Positions 55,915 through 56,090 of a DNA stretch of 56,090 nucleotides are shown here, one piece after another. Made by a program: the position numbers and the translations under genes. The notes beneath the pieces were generated by a model, which saw only the letters and a list, made by a program, of their open reading frames with translations, did no database searches and was not told the origin of the DNA. This stretch comes from an uncultured Mariniphaga sp. (GTDB lineage Bacteria > Bacteroidota > Bacteroidia > Bacteroidales > Prolixibacteraceae): assembly GCA_964639655.1 (NCBI GenBank), contig CAZXHP010000005.1, forward strand, positions 1,815 to 57,904. The letters are read 5' to 3'. The stretch's first letter is position 1, and each line of letters opens with the position of its first letter.

Positions 55915-56090
55915 TTGAATCAGGTTATTAAATACAGCTTTTGGACCCTTGCATTTTCGCTCGTCATTCTGACCTGGATTTTCGGGTTGTTTATCGACTT
56001 AACCGGCGACTCGGGACTGTATGCTGCCATTTCGCGGCAAATGGTGGAATCGGGCGACTGGCTGAACCTGAAAATCAATGGCGAACCTTA
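55915..56090 (+). CDS. ArnT/PMT-like (GT83/GT39) membrane glycosyltransferase, 5' fragment; runs off the right edge
   Basis: Manual translation from TTG 55915: MNQVIKYSFWTLAFSLVILTWIFGLFIDLTGDSGLYAAISRQMVESGDWLNLKINGEP, matching the D..Y..I.R.M.ESGDW....NG.P N-terminal pattern. Confidence 0.7.
   Translation, partial: MNQVIKYSFWTLAFSLVILTWIFGLFIDLTGDSGLYAAISRQMVESGDWLNLKINGEP

Noticed and set aside
1..56090. CRISPR arrays, tRNA/rRNA genes, transposases, integrases, prophage genes
   Set aside because: No regularly spaced repeats, cloverleaf/rRNA signatures or recombinase motifs were seen by eye. Intergenic gaps are short and mostly explained by promoters.

Overview
Gene-dense bacterial chromosome window that looks like Bacteroidota (SusC/SusD pairs, TAnnTTTG -7 promoters, A-rich start contexts without Shine-Dalgarno). 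A Prolixibacteraceae/Marinilabiliales-like origin is my inference. The left half (1-26657) is a large minus-strand, PUL-like uptake locus with a divergent DeoR/GlpR regulator. It holds two SusC/SusD pairs, DUF4959/DUF4998-type lipoproteins, a glycerophosphodiester phosphodiesterase, three EEP-family phosphoesterases, a metallophosphoesterase, a Na+:solute symporter, an FAD oxidoreductase, two Cys-type sulfatase-family enzymes, a GlpD-like dehydrogenase and an RbtT/DalT/CsbX-type polyol permease. No glycoside hydrolase is recognisable, which points to a phosphodiester or polyol-phosphate (possibly teichoic-acid-like) utilisation system. The right half is mostly housekeeping: alkaline phosphatase, AlbA_2 protein, GNAT, yjjX, USP-mrpABCDEFG, larE-larC-larB plus a UreH-like Ni transporter (no larA; preceded by a candidate four-way-junction leader RNA), yebC, purF, two toxin-antitoxin pairs, a FemX-like gene, pssA-psd-cdsA, ftsH, rsfS, birA, pyrE, NUDIX, coaD and a truncated ArnT-like gene. 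I saw no rRNA, tRNA, CRISPR array or transposase. All calls come from motif recognition by eye; no searches were run.
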